Assembly: GCA_964611355.1 (NCBI GenBank)
Contig: CAZSYD010000004.1
Coordinates: 9,034 to 73,033, forward strand
Direction: 5' to 3'
DNA from: an uncultured Ignavibacteriales bacterium
GTDB lineage: Bacteria; Zixibacteria; MSB-5A5; GN15; JAAZOE01
Length of the DNA stretch: 64,000 nucleotides
In this document: in pieces, positions 29,011 through 38,249 of the stretch
Position numbering within the stretch: the first letter of the stretch is position 1
Layout of the letters: each line of letters opens with the position of its first letter
Program-made: the position numbers and the translations under genes
Notes under the pieces: model-generated
Databases searched by the model: none
Seen by the model: only the letters and a program-made list of their open reading frames with translations
Told to the model about the DNA's origin: nothing

Positions 29011-31110
29011 TTAACCCAAGACCTTTTCCGGTTCCATTTCCCCAACCGGTTGCTTAGCCGAGGGATATTCCTCTATTAGTTCCTTAACACGGTCGGCCGA
29101 CTTCAGAATCACATCATGATATTTGGCCGTAAAATCGTCCGCTTCGGCATTCCTTTTCAAAAGTTCAACGGCTCCGATTATTGAAGAGAGCGGGGTGTTC
29201 ATTCGGGTTCTGATAACTGTCCGGCGGTCGCTTTCATCGCCTGATACCGTCGTGACCAGCTCCTGCCTTCGCTCGAAATCGAGTTTCATCTTTTTCAACC
29301 TGATGGCGACTGAGCATTTGGCCCCAATATCCTTGGCGAAAATCAGATCGCCTGCTCCGAATGAACGTCGATTCCAGTTTCGCGCTTCCCCGATCGAGAT
29401 TATTCCGCGGACCTTATTATTCAGCATAATTGGAACCAGCATGGCGGAATTGATCTCGGGCAACAGAGCCGAACTCGCCTCCTGCGCCGGCATTTTCGAT
29501 TCAATATCTTTCTGGTTAATAAGCATCAGCTTGCTGGTGTCAACGGTCATCCTGTGCCACGGCAAAAGCGAAAGAGGAATAGCATCCGATTCTTTCAGAT
29601 CGTACCCGGTATCGCGGACCGTCCGGCAAGCCTGACTGACAAGATTCTTGCCTTCCTGATCGATCAGTGATACACGCGCCATGGTGCATTTCATCCGCCT
29701 GGTCAGCATCTCACACGCATCCTGGAAAATCCCCTGCATCGAACCGCCGGAAAGAAGCTCGCGCTCCATTAACTGCAGGCGAAGCATATGATCTTCCCTG
29801 ATTTGCAAGTCTCGAATAAGATTCTCGCGCTGAATTACTCCGGCCAGAACATCGGTCAGGCCGTTTATACAACCGAGGTGGAAACGGCTGAAATGCCCCG
29901 GCTGCGCATGACCGAGAGTAATGACCGCCATGACCTTTTTGCCGACCGTCACGGGGCAGGCCAGCCTTGAATGCATGCCGCATGAAAGAAATAAACCGTC
30001 CTCATTGGAGTTTTCGCTTCCGGAATCAACCTCAGGCACCAGCACGGGGCGGGCATCCTTATACATTCTATATATGATACTGCCTTTGGTGGAACGACTG
30101 ACGCCCTTTTCCAGAAGTACCCGGCCGCCCGATCCGATTGTATAGCGGACCATATTCTCTCCGGAATTATCCAGAACGGCCACAGACATAAAATCGGCTT
30201 TGGTCAATTCCTGCATAACCTGGAAAAGACCGGTCATCATATCTCCAATCGAAGAAGACTGATGACACAATTCCGTCATACGCTCATAGGCCGATTCACG
30301 GTTTCGATAGTAATCCGCTCTTGTTCCGGCCACCCGAATACCGGTCTGTCTGCCCAGCATTTCACCCAGGGATGACATAAAATCGACCAGATCATCATCT
30401 ATCAGACCTGGATCACCGACCCAGCAAAAGAGAGAACCGTACAAACGCCGACGATACCCCACCGGGACGACCAAATCAGGTTGCTCTCCGATCAAAAAGG
30501 TATCGCCATATTCCGATGGCCGGAAGGCTCGAGAACGATTTATAACCGTTTTTAGTTCACTATCTGCCAGCGAAATACGTTTCAGTTCATTCGGCGCTCC
30601 TTTATCGAAACCGCGCCCTCCCGAGAGAACCAGCATATCCCTGCCGGCTGAATACTTAAAGGCGGCGCATTTGGGTATGTCCATGTAGGAGGAAAGGTGG
30701 GTCATGGCGATTTCTAAATTTCTATCCAGGTCTTCGCCTTTGTTAATCGCCTGGCCGATCATCTTCAGGCAGAAATATCTCTTGTTAAGATTTTGTATCC
30801 GCCGTCCCTTGGCAAGCGACGGCAACAGAGAACCTGCGCCAATCAAAAGAAAGATTAGTCCGGCCACGATACCTATTGCTTCCACCGCTTTTCGGTTGAC
30901 CTCTCCCTCAAGGTAAGGGATTCCGTTTAGAACCTGCAGATTTCCCAGAAGCTGCAGTACCGAGACGCCAGCAAGAAAGACCAACCCAATTGAAATTTTG
31001 CTAAAGGCTTCGCTGTCGATCTTAATAAGTTTTTTCCGGAATCTAAGAAGCGCCAAAAGAACGAGCACGAACGTAGAACAGAAAAGCAGATCATTATATG
31101 ATTGCGGCAT
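29011..31110 (-). CDS. Membrane-bound multi-GAF sensor with degenerate (His-less) HisKA-like C-terminus and no HATPase domain
   Basis: About 4 N-terminal TM helices, long GAF-like regions, and the C-terminal helix pair VIRTRMNTPLSSIIGAVELLKRN...ADRVKELIEE. This aligns to the H-box SHELRTPLTSI, but the His position is Thr (nt ~29183-29218). The ORF ends ~60 aa later without N/G1/G2 boxes. GGAGGA SD lies before the ATG at 31110. Confidence 0.6.
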   Translation of the reverse strand: MPQSYNDLLFCSTFVLVLLALLRFRKKLIKIDSEAFSKISIGLVFLAGVSVLQLLGNLQVLNGIPYLEGEVNRKAVEAIGIVAGLIFLLIGAGSLLPSLAKGRRIQNLNKRYFCLKMIGQAINKGEDLDRNLEIAMTHLSSYMDIPKCAAFKYSAGRDMLVLSGGRGFDKGAPNELKRISLADSELKTVINRSRAFRPSEYGDTFLIGEQPDLVVPVGYRRRLYGSLFCWVGDPGLIDDDLVDFMSSLGEMLGRQTGIRVAGTRADYYRNRESAYERMTELCHQSSSIGDMMTGLFQVMQELTKADFMSVAVLDNSGENMVRYTIGSGGRVLLEKGVSRSTKGSIIYRMYKDARPVLVPEVDSGSENSNEDGLFLSCGMHSRLACPVTVGKKVMAVITLGHAQPGHFSRFHLGCINGLTDVLAGVIQRENLIRDLQIREDHMLRLQLMERELLSGGSMQGIFQDACEMLTRRMKCTMARVSLIDQEGKNLVSQACRTVRDTGYDLKESDAIPLSLLPWHRMTVDTSKLMLINQKDIESKMPAQEASSALLPEINSAMLVPIMLNNKVRGIISIGEARNWNRRSFGAGDLIFAKDIGAKCSVAIRLKKMKLDFERRQELVTTVSGDESDRRTVIRTRMNTPLSSIIGAVELLKRNAEADDFTAKYHDVILKSADRVKELIEEYPSAKQPVGEMEPEKVLG

Positions 31111-31439
31111 TATATCCTCCGAAAGACAAATTAAGCCTTTGTCATCATTTCTATTATCGACACTTCCGCTCAAATTTTGAGCACCGCGGGGAGACTCTCC
31201 ATTGACTATTGGGGCATCCCCATAATCTGCATAATCCCAACCGTTGCCGATTGGTTTTGCGCTCCGTGTATCTTGCCGTACATAAACGAGATAAAACCCC
31301 AGATTCCGACCGGCATCAACTTTGCAATAAGCCTGTTCGACACATGGAGAGACGGGTCAAACCTGCGCAGAGATTGAACAAAACCGCAGATTTGCCGAAT
31401 CGTTAGAAGTTTGGAAATAATCTCGTTTGGGGAGGTATT

Positions 31440-32210
31440 ATGACAATAAGAAAACTTATTTTGCCGGTTCTTCTTATCCCCGCCATAATCGCGGCTGCGT
31501 TGCTCGGTTGTTCGGATAAGACTTTCACCTCGTCAACCACCTCGGTGGCTCAAAATGCCGGCCCGACGGCCTATATGCCGTTGGAACAGGGGTTGCGAGT
31601 CAGTTATGTATTGACGGAACCGGAGACAAAACATATCGACATCGAAATAGCCGATCCGGTAGTCGTAGCCGGTAATCCAGGTTTTGAAGTTCGCTGGATT
31701 GACCGCACGGCAAACGAGACAAGCATTACCTACCGCTACGCCAAAGGCAATTCGATTTTCGAGTCGGGATCGCTCAGCAGTCCGGGTTACCGGATACTGG
31801 AATCGCCATTCGTTACCGGGCACAATTGGAACAGGCATGATACCGCCGCCGCTACAGGCACCGGCTTAACCGGCGGAGGAGAAGATGAAGATCAGCAGGC
31901 CGACGATGAAACGATTGGCGGAGGCAAGGGCGGAATAACCATCTTCGGCGACGGGTTCGGCAAGATCATTCCGGGAGAAGATTTCAATACCATGCAGATC
32001 GTCGGCTTTGAAGATGTTCACGGCTTAAACGGCGTTGTATACGGCAATTGCCTGAAAGTCGCCTGGCGGACCGATCCTTTGAGAACCAGCTACTTCTGGT
32101 ATTACGCCGGAGTCGGAATGGTCAAGTTCGAATACGGTTTCAACACCGTTTATTCGGATGTCAATCATGTCATAGGAGTCGTGACCGACTATCAGACAGT
32201 CGAATATTAA
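31440..32210 (+). CDS. Lipoprotein, unknown function
   Basis: Lipobox AAALLGC|SDK. GGGGAGG SD. 256 aa with a Gly/Asp/Glu-rich linker (TGLTGGGEDEDQQADDETIGGGKGG). Confidence 0.6.
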   Translation: MTIRKLILPVLLIPAIIAAALLGCSDKTFTSSTTSVAQNAGPTAYMPLEQGLRVSYVLTEPETKHIDIEIADPVVVAGNPGFEVRWIDRTANETSITYRYAKGNSIFESGSLSSPGYRILESPFVTGHNWNRHDTAAATGTGLTGGGEDEDQQADDETIGGGKGGITIFGDGFGKIIPGEDFNTMQIVGFEDVHGLNGVVYGNCLKVAWRTDPLRTSYFWYYAGVGMVKFEYGFNTVYSDVNHVIGVVTDYQTVEY

Positions 32211-32235
32211 CCGACCCGCATCGCCATGTTCACCA

Positions 32236-32270
32236 AAGGCCGGAAGCGCCACCTTCCGGCCTTATTTTAT
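32236..32270 (+). terminator. Rho-independent terminator after the lipoprotein gene
   Basis: 11-bp stem aaggccggaag / cttccggcctt, loop cgccac, then ATTTTAT. Confidence 0.7.
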
Positions 32271-32613
32271 CGCTGGAAACCAAATTGTATGGTTTCTCTC
32301 CGCCTGTGGTGGATCGGAGCCCGATCTTATTGTCTTCTGTGTTTGGGAAGCCATAGGGGCGCTTCGTAACGAATCAGTCCAGATTGAAATCATGCAAAAT
32401 AAGTTGCTGGTACGGTAAAGGGCAAACCGATCGTCAAAACAGTATCTCAAAATCAACTGTAACTAATGTCCTGATACATTGTGTAACCAATGTCCTGAGA
32501 TCAAACATCGCGAACCGCGCGTACAAAGTCATCTTTCCCCTGCAAATGAGACTCTTAGATTGCGTTCAGAATGAAACGTAACGTAATAAGAAACCCGACA
32601 CCCACCCTGTTTT

Positions 32614-33255
32614 TCACCCCATAACCTTCTTATAATTCTTAAAATGCAACTTCGCAACATGGTCAAGTATGGCGATTCCTTTTAATTTAACAATCTTTTT
32701 ACCTGCCTCATCGACCTTGGCCGAACCGCCGCGCGGGAAATTTATTTCATATTTTTTTGACATCATCTCCATCCGCCGCAAAAACTCGGCCCGCGCCAGA
32801 ATCGATGCCGCCGCCACCGCCGGATGCGCCTCACCCCTGACCATCTGAATCAGTTCTATTTTCTTCCCTTCTTTCTGGAGGCAGTCAGCAATGAAATGCT
32901 CGTGTCCGAATTTATCTGATATAGCCGCGGGCGCCGGCTGACGCTTCAATATGTTTTCAATTACGCGGGCATGCCCCCAACCGAGCAGCTTGTTCAGGTT
33001 TTTTATCTTGAGATAAAGTTGATTATATTTTTCAGGGTTGATAACTACTATGTCGTAAACGCAAAGGCGGCGTATTCGATCGGCGATATCGACAACCCTT
33101 TTATCGGAAATCATCTTGGAATCGCGCACGCCCAGTTCATCGAAAGCAGCCAGTTGATCTTCGGATACCAGGACTCCGGCGATAACCAGTGGGCCGAAAA
33201 AATCTCCCTTGCCCGATTCATCGACGCCGATAACCGGCCATATGGGCAGGTTCAT
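32614..33255 (-). CDS. RNase HIII-type ribonuclease H catalytic domain protein (lacks the usual N-terminal substrate-binding domain)
   Basis: GVDESGKGDFFGPLVIAGV (the RNase HIII-style DESGKGD motif), SDKF, AAASILAR and GGSAKVDEAGKKIV...KLHFKN. Only 213 aa. Confidence 0.65.
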   Translation of the reverse strand: MNLPIWPVIGVDESGKGDFFGPLVIAGVLVSEDQLAAFDELGVRDSKMISDKRVVDIADRIRRLCVYDIVVINPEKYNQLYLKIKNLNKLLGWGHARVIENILKRQPAPAAISDKFGHEHFIADCLQKEGKKIELIQMVRGEAHPAVAAASILARAEFLRRMEMMSKKYEINFPRGGSAKVDEAGKKIVKLKGIAILDHVAKLHFKNYKKVMG

Positions 33256-33815
33256 AGGTTGGCTCGTTCGATATAATTACCGGTACGGGTATCGATCTTG
33301 ATATAGTCGCCTTCCTTGATAAAAAGCGGCACCTTAATTTCCAGCCCGGTTTCCAGTTTGGCCGGTTTCTGGATATTGGTCACCGAATCTCCCTTGACGC
33401 CCGGCTGTGTCTCGGTGATTTGCAAAATCACCGAAGCGGGCATCTCCAGCGAGATGGCTTTCCCCTCAAAGAAGAGCACCTGATACTCGTCGTTATCCTT
33501 CAGATAAAAACGGGAATCCCCCAGATTGTCGACCGACAGGCTGGTCTGCTCGTATGTTTTGGAATCCATGAAATGATAACCGTCGGCATCATTATACAGA
33601 TACTGCATTTTGCGGTTTTCCAGATCGGGCGGCTTGAAGCTCTCGCTTGACAGGTAAGATTTTTCAAAAACGGCGCCGGTTATCAGGTGTTTTACCTTGG
33701 CTTTGGTATGCGGCCTGCCGCGTCCCATCTTGGCGTGGGAAAAATCGACGATTATATAAGGTTCGCCGTCTATTAGAATTCTTAAACCTTTCCTGAAATC
33801 CGTCGCCGAAATCAT
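33252..33815 (-). CDS. efp: Elongation factor P
   Basis: MISATDFRKGLRILIDGEPYIIVDF...YLYNDADGYHFMDSKTYEQ...VKGDSVTNIQKPAKLETGLEIKVPLFI. GGAGGAG SD upstream of the ATG at 33815. The track's 48-aa N-terminal extension is rejected. Confidence 0.92.
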   Translation of the reverse strand: MISATDFRKGLRILIDGEPYIIVDFSHAKMGRGRPHTKAKVKHLITGAVFEKSYLSSESFKPPDLENRKMQYLYNDADGYHFMDSKTYEQTSLSVDNLGDSRFYLKDNDEYQVLFFEGKAISLEMPASVILQITETQPGVKGDSVTNIQKPAKLETGLEIKVPLFIKEGDYIKIDTRTGNYIERANL

Positions 33816-33877
33816 CGCTCCTCCGTCGTACTTATAGAAATATTTCCGGCCTAATATAGCAAAATGGCGACTCTTCG

Positions 33878-35734
33878 CTACCCTTTTTTGGCCGCCGACG
33901 GATTTGAAACGGAAGGTTGTGCGTATTGCCCGGTATAAACCGGCAGAACCACCCGGCAAACTGCGCCGCGCGTTCGTCCCGCGTCAAAGGAGATTCTGCC
34001 CTCATGGAGATTAATAATCTTTTGCGCGAGCGCCAAACCAAGACCGGTGCCGGACGGTCTGGACGAGAAAAACGGCGTAAATATCTTTTCCCTGGCACGA
34101 TCGGGAATACCCGGACCGTTATCGGCGATTATTATCGCTGTTGCCATTTCGTTTTGTTCAAGAGTAATGTCGATATTCCCGTCCGCTTCAACCGCCCGGA
34201 TTGAATTATCTATCAGATTGCCGAACGCCTCTTTGAGAAGCAGCACGTCTCCGATACAGCTAATCTCCTGCCGCGCGTGTCCCATGCTCAAAGATATATT
34301 TCTTCTTTCGGATTCTTGCCGATACTTATCTATACATTCCAATAATAAAGCTGCCGGATCGAACCGTTCGACATTCAGCCGTAACGGTCGGGCAAAATTC
34401 AAAAATCGACTCACCATAATTTCCGAATTGGCCGCCTCAGATCGAATCGACTCGGCTATATCGCCCAGGTCAGACTCCGGCCCGGTCTTCTTTTTAAGTA
34501 ACTGGCAGAACCCGGAAACAGCGGTCATTGAGTTGCGCAGTTGGTGGGCCAGTCCGGCCGTCATCTCCCCCAAAGCCGCCATCCGACGGTTTATTTCGAG
34601 TTCGGCCTGCAGTTTTGCAAGTTCGGTGAGATCGGTGAAAAGAAGCGTAATACCGATAGTTCGATCATTATCATCGAAAATCAGAGAACTCTCGGCTCCA
34701 AGCCAGAGCTTGGTTCCATCCCTCCGGTCAAGCTCAATCTCCCGATAAGAAATTATTTCGCCCCGCTCCAACCCGGCCTCGATCAAAAGACCCAGTTCCA
34801 ACTCATTCGGGAAGGCGACCAGATAATGCTTACCGACGACGTCGCTTTCAGCGTACCCCAGGATACCTCCCGCGGCCCGGTTGTAACCCACCACCTTGCC
34901 GGTTAAATCAACCGTAATTACTCCGGAATTGATAGAATTGAGGATATACAGGTTGAATTTCTCCAGGCGGTCAGCCTTGCTGGAGCTGTCGCGGTACAGA
35001 CGCCTGAGCTCCGCCTCGTCTTGGCGCAATTGATTTATAATATTTTCATAAGATTGGATGACCTCGGCCACTTCGTCGCCGCCATCCGAATAGGCCAGTT
35101 GTCCCGCCGATCGGGCAGTTTCTCTCATCTCTTTGAAAGGCTTGAGAATGAATCGAGGCAGAGCAATTGTCAGAGGAATTAACAACACCAGAACCGCAAC
35201 AGCGAAATAAAGCGTTTTTTTCGAAGCTCCGGTAATTGCATCAAGTACGCGTGAGTCGCCTTCGGTAACGAGAAGACGTTTTTGGGCAGGAGAAATCCGC
35301 ACCAGGCTCAATCCCAGGCGGCGGCCACGGGGATCACTGAATCGAAACAAATGCTCCCCTTCCATCAGCCGGCTAATATCTTTGTTATCCAGCGGAGGCA
35401 GACCGGAAAGCGATGTGCCACCCTGATTGAGCATTCTGCTTTCCGTTTTGGCTACCGGTTCCCGGAATGGCAGCATTTCGATGCCGCTTATGCCGAACCG
35501 CTTTTTAATAAAGCCAACCTGGTCATCGGGAATAGTATCAATCTCGCTTTTGGTTAGGTAAAGGGAAGTAAAACGCAGGGCGGAACCAAGTCGGTTATCA
35601 ATCTGATCCGTCAATTGACTCTTTAGCCCGTACAGGACATATATCGAGCTTAAGTTCAACAGCAAAAGAAGGATAACGATAGCCACCAGCCCGAGACGGA
35701 TGTCGGTTTCATATCGATTAACGATCTTCCCCAT
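33878..35734 (-). CDS. Sensor histidine kinase (2 TM, HAMP, PAS, HisKA, HATPase; NtrB/PilS/AtoS-like H-box)
   Basis: H-box GEMTAGLAHQLRNSMTAV. N-box LIDNSIRA. G-boxes DNGPGI and GTGLGLA. No cognate regulator is adjacent. Confidence 0.85.
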   Translation of the reverse strand: MGKIVNRYETDIRLGLVAIVILLLLLNLSSIYVLYGLKSQLTDQIDNRLGSALRFTSLYLTKSEIDTIPDDQVGFIKKRFGISGIEMLPFREPVAKTESRMLNQGGTSLSGLPPLDNKDISRLMEGEHLFRFSDPRGRRLGLSLVRISPAQKRLLVTEGDSRVLDAITGASKKTLYFAVAVLVLLIPLTIALPRFILKPFKEMRETARSAGQLAYSDGGDEVAEVIQSYENIINQLRQDEAELRRLYRDSSSKADRLEKFNLYILNSINSGVITVDLTGKVVGYNRAAGGILGYAESDVVGKHYLVAFPNELELGLLIEAGLERGEIISYREIELDRRDGTKLWLGAESSLIFDDNDRTIGITLLFTDLTELAKLQAELEINRRMAALGEMTAGLAHQLRNSMTAVSGFCQLLKKKTGPESDLGDIAESIRSEAANSEIMVSRFLNFARPLRLNVERFDPAALLLECIDKYRQESERRNISLSMGHARQEISCIGDVLLLKEAFGNLIDNSIRAVEADGNIDITLEQNEMATAIIIADNGPGIPDRAREKIFTPFFSSRPSGTGLGLALAQKIINLHEGRISFDAGRTRGAVCRVVLPVYTGQYAQPSVSNPSAAKKG

Positions 35735-35809
35735 ATTTCTTAAGTCGGCATTTTGACAGTATCGTTTGACCTGCCATGCCTTGTAACAATGCCGGTCAAA
35801 AGGGGGAAT

Positions 35810-36595
35810 TTACATTCCAAGGAAGTTTTCGATATAAAACCGAAGGAGCCGATCGCCGTAGATAACAACCACGACCGCCGCTATCGCCAGAAACGGCCCG
35901 AACGGAATCAGCCGTTTGCTGCGAACCTTTTTCGAGAACAGCATCCAGATGATCGAAACGACAGCACCAATTAAGGCGCCGCCGAGGAAGATTAAAAGTA
36001 CTTTCTGCCAGCCGACAAAGGCGCCAATCATGGCCGCCATTTTAATATCACCACCCCCCATCGCTTCCTTCTTAAAAAGCCATTCTCCCAGATAAGCCAC
36101 CGCCAGAAGCGATCCGCCACCGACTACAAAGCCGATCAGGGCGTTTACTAATCCAGGCGGATTGACAAATATGGAACTGACCAGACCGACGACTATCCCG
36201 GGCAGGGTAATCTTGTCGGGAATTATCTGGAACTCAAAATCAATAAAGAATATGGCTATAAGTGATGAGGCCAGAAAACAATGAGCCGGAAATTGAAGCG
36301 TTAAACCGTCGAGATGCAGAAAAAAGAGATAAAGAGCGCAGTTGAGCATCTCGACCGCCGGGTAGCGAGGCGAGATGGGCGCGTTGCATATTCGGCATTT
36401 ACCAAGAAGAATAAGATATGATATCAGTGGGATGTTATCGTAAAATGGTATTCTCGTTCGGCAGTTGGGGCACTCCGATCGTTCGAATATCATTTTTTTA
36501 TTCCGCGGGAGACGGTAAATCAAAACATTCAAAAATGACCCGACGGCCAGACCGAAAAGGACAACCAGTCCATAGATATAAAAATCGGGCTGCAT
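35810..36595 (-). CDS. pilD: Prepilin peptidase / N-methyltransferase (A24 family)
   Basis: N-terminal CPNC...CRIC zinc motif, multiple TM helices, and aspartate motif regions including GGGDIKMAAMIGAFVGW. Confidence 0.88.
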   Translation of the reverse strand: MQPDFYIYGLVVLFGLAVGSFLNVLIYRLPRNKKMIFERSECPNCRTRIPFYDNIPLISYLILLGKCRICNAPISPRYPAVEMLNCALYLFFLHLDGLTLQFPAHCFLASSLIAIFFIDFEFQIIPDKITLPGIVVGLVSSIFVNPPGLVNALIGFVVGGGSLLAVAYLGEWLFKKEAMGGGDIKMAAMIGAFVGWQKVLLIFLGGALIGAVVSIIWMLFSKKVRSKRLIPFGPFLAIAAVVVVIYGDRLLRFYIENFLGM

Positions 36596-36619
36596 GATAT
36601 TTTTATCGGTCGATCCGTC

Positions 36620-37363
36620 TCACGTTTTGACCGATTCAAAATAATAAATCATCAGGGCCGGCAAAACCACTCCGGACGTTTCGGTGCGCAAAATCCTTGA
36701 GCCCAGGCTGACACAGCGAATCCCCTTATCATTGGCGGCCGCTGTTTCAGACGGAGAAAATCCCGATTCGGGGCCGATAACAAGGGTCAGTCTACCGGCA
36801 TGAATAGAATTGACTAATGTAACAATGTTGACCGGCTTATCGTCAGGATGAAACAGTATTATTTCTTCAGGCGCGCATGACTCAATAAACTCGTTAAATG
36901 CAACCGGATTATCTATACGGGGAATAACCGATCGGTTTGATTGCTTGGCTGCCGCTTCGGCAACCCGACGCCACCGGTTCATTTTTCGTTTGAGGGAAGC
37001 GTCATCACTTATCCTGACCTTTCCTTTTTCGGTCAATAAAGGCACAAAACGGCTTACTCCCGCCTCGGTACCCTTTTCAACTATGCTGTCAAATTTATTC
37101 CCGGTCGAAAGCCCGACGGCCAGCGTCAGAAAGAGTAACGGTTCCCCGCTTTTTTTGACCGACTTTATTATCCGGCATGTTACGGTCCGCGATCCGGATT
37201 TGGTGATTTCACAGATATGAGCCGCGCCTTCGCCGTCGATCAGCCGCACCATATCGCCCTTTTTAAGACGCAGAACACCTACCATATGGCACGCTTCGGC
37301 TCCTTTAACGGTTACGATGTTTCCGTCCTGCAGCGATGGGTCATAGATAAAAGTAAGCATCAT
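36620..37363 (-). CDS. rsmE: 16S rRNA (uracil1498-N3)-methyltransferase
   Basis: RsmE pattern: ...GAEACHMVGVLRLKKGDMVRLIDGEG...IGPESGFSPSE...LGSRILRTETSG. The ATG at 37363 overlaps the prmA stop (ATGA). Confidence 0.85.
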   Translation of the reverse strand: MMLTFIYDPSLQDGNIVTVKGAEACHMVGVLRLKKGDMVRLIDGEGAAHICEITKSGSRTVTCRIIKSVKKSGEPLLFLTLAVGLSTGNKFDSIVEKGTEAGVSRFVPLLTEKGKVRISDDASLKRKMNRWRRVAEAAAKQSNRSVIPRIDNPVAFNEFIESCAPEEIILFHPDDKPVNIVTLVNSIHAGRLTLVIGPESGFSPSETAAANDKGIRCVSLGSRILRTETSGVVLPALMIYYFESVKT

Positions 37364-38247
37364 TCTACCTGCACGCTGTAGGTCAGCCACTCGGCATCAC
37401 GTCTAAAGGAAAAACCATAAAGATTATGTTCCCGCAGCGTATTTTCGATCTCTTCCCTGTCCCGGTCAAGTAATCCCGAAAGAATCATAACCCCGCCCGG
37501 CCTGGTATGGCTTTTCAGCGGCCCGATAATCGGCACAATAACCGATTTTATGATATTGGCGACGACAACGTCGAATCGTCTATCGGCGGGAACATCGTCG
37601 ATGGATCCCAACTCGGCGCGGCAAACGGATTCGACTTTATTAAGCTTGAAATTCTCCCTGCTGTTTTCGATTGCCGTCGGGTCGATGTCATACGCCAAAA
37701 CCTCGGACGCGCCTTTCAAAGCGGCATAAATACCGAGTATCCCCGATCCGGAGCCAATATCAAGCATCGGCCGGCCCGAGAAATCTATCGTTTCCATCTC
37801 GACCAACGTTCCCCTGGTAGTCTCATGTCGGCCGGTACCAAAAGCCATTTTCGGTTCCAAAGGGATCTCAACCCGGCCGGGAAAAGTTTCCCTGTTCCAC
37901 GGCGGCTTGATTACAATTGAATCGCCAATGGGAACCGATTTAACCGATTTCCGGTAAGCGTCGATCCAGTCGAGATTTTTGATATTTTTTTGGTTGATGG
38001 TGATGTTTTCGTGATTGGGATTTATGGCAGCAAGATATTTCTTAAGACCGGCCAATCTGGAAGCAATTTCATCCTCAGCTGCAACATAAAATCTAATAAT
38101 AGTCGATGAGGATCCATCCTCATCTTCAAGGACAATACCCTGCGCGATATTTTCTATGATATAATTAGCAACCGGATCAACCTCTTCCGCAGGAACAGCG
38201 AGCGATATTTCCTGGTACCATTGAACCTGCCGAGCGTCCATGGTCAT
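37360..38247 (-). CDS. prmA: Ribosomal protein L11 methyltransferase
   Basis: KMAFGTGRHETTRG...LDIGSGSGILGI...VVANI, SAM-binding motifs of PrmA. Confidence 0.88.
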   Translation of the reverse strand: MTMDARQVQWYQEISLAVPAEEVDPVANYIIENIAQGIVLEDEDGSSSTIIRFYVAAEDEIASRLAGLKKYLAAINPNHENITINQKNIKNLDWIDAYRKSVKSVPIGDSIVIKPPWNRETFPGRVEIPLEPKMAFGTGRHETTRGTLVEMETIDFSGRPMLDIGSGSGILGIYAALKGASEVLAYDIDPTAIENSRENFKLNKVESVCRAELGSIDDVPADRRFDVVVANIIKSVIVPIIGPLKSHTRPGGVMILSGLLDRDREEIENTLREHNLYGFSFRRDAEWLTYSVQVE

Positions 38248-38249
38248 CT

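Noticed and set aside
33816-33959. 48-codon N-terminal extension of efp in the ORF track, and the overlapping 88-aa ORF at 33832..34098.
   Set aside because: EF-P homology begins exactly at MISATDF, with GGAGGAG upstream. The extension would overlap the 3' end of the histidine kinase gene.
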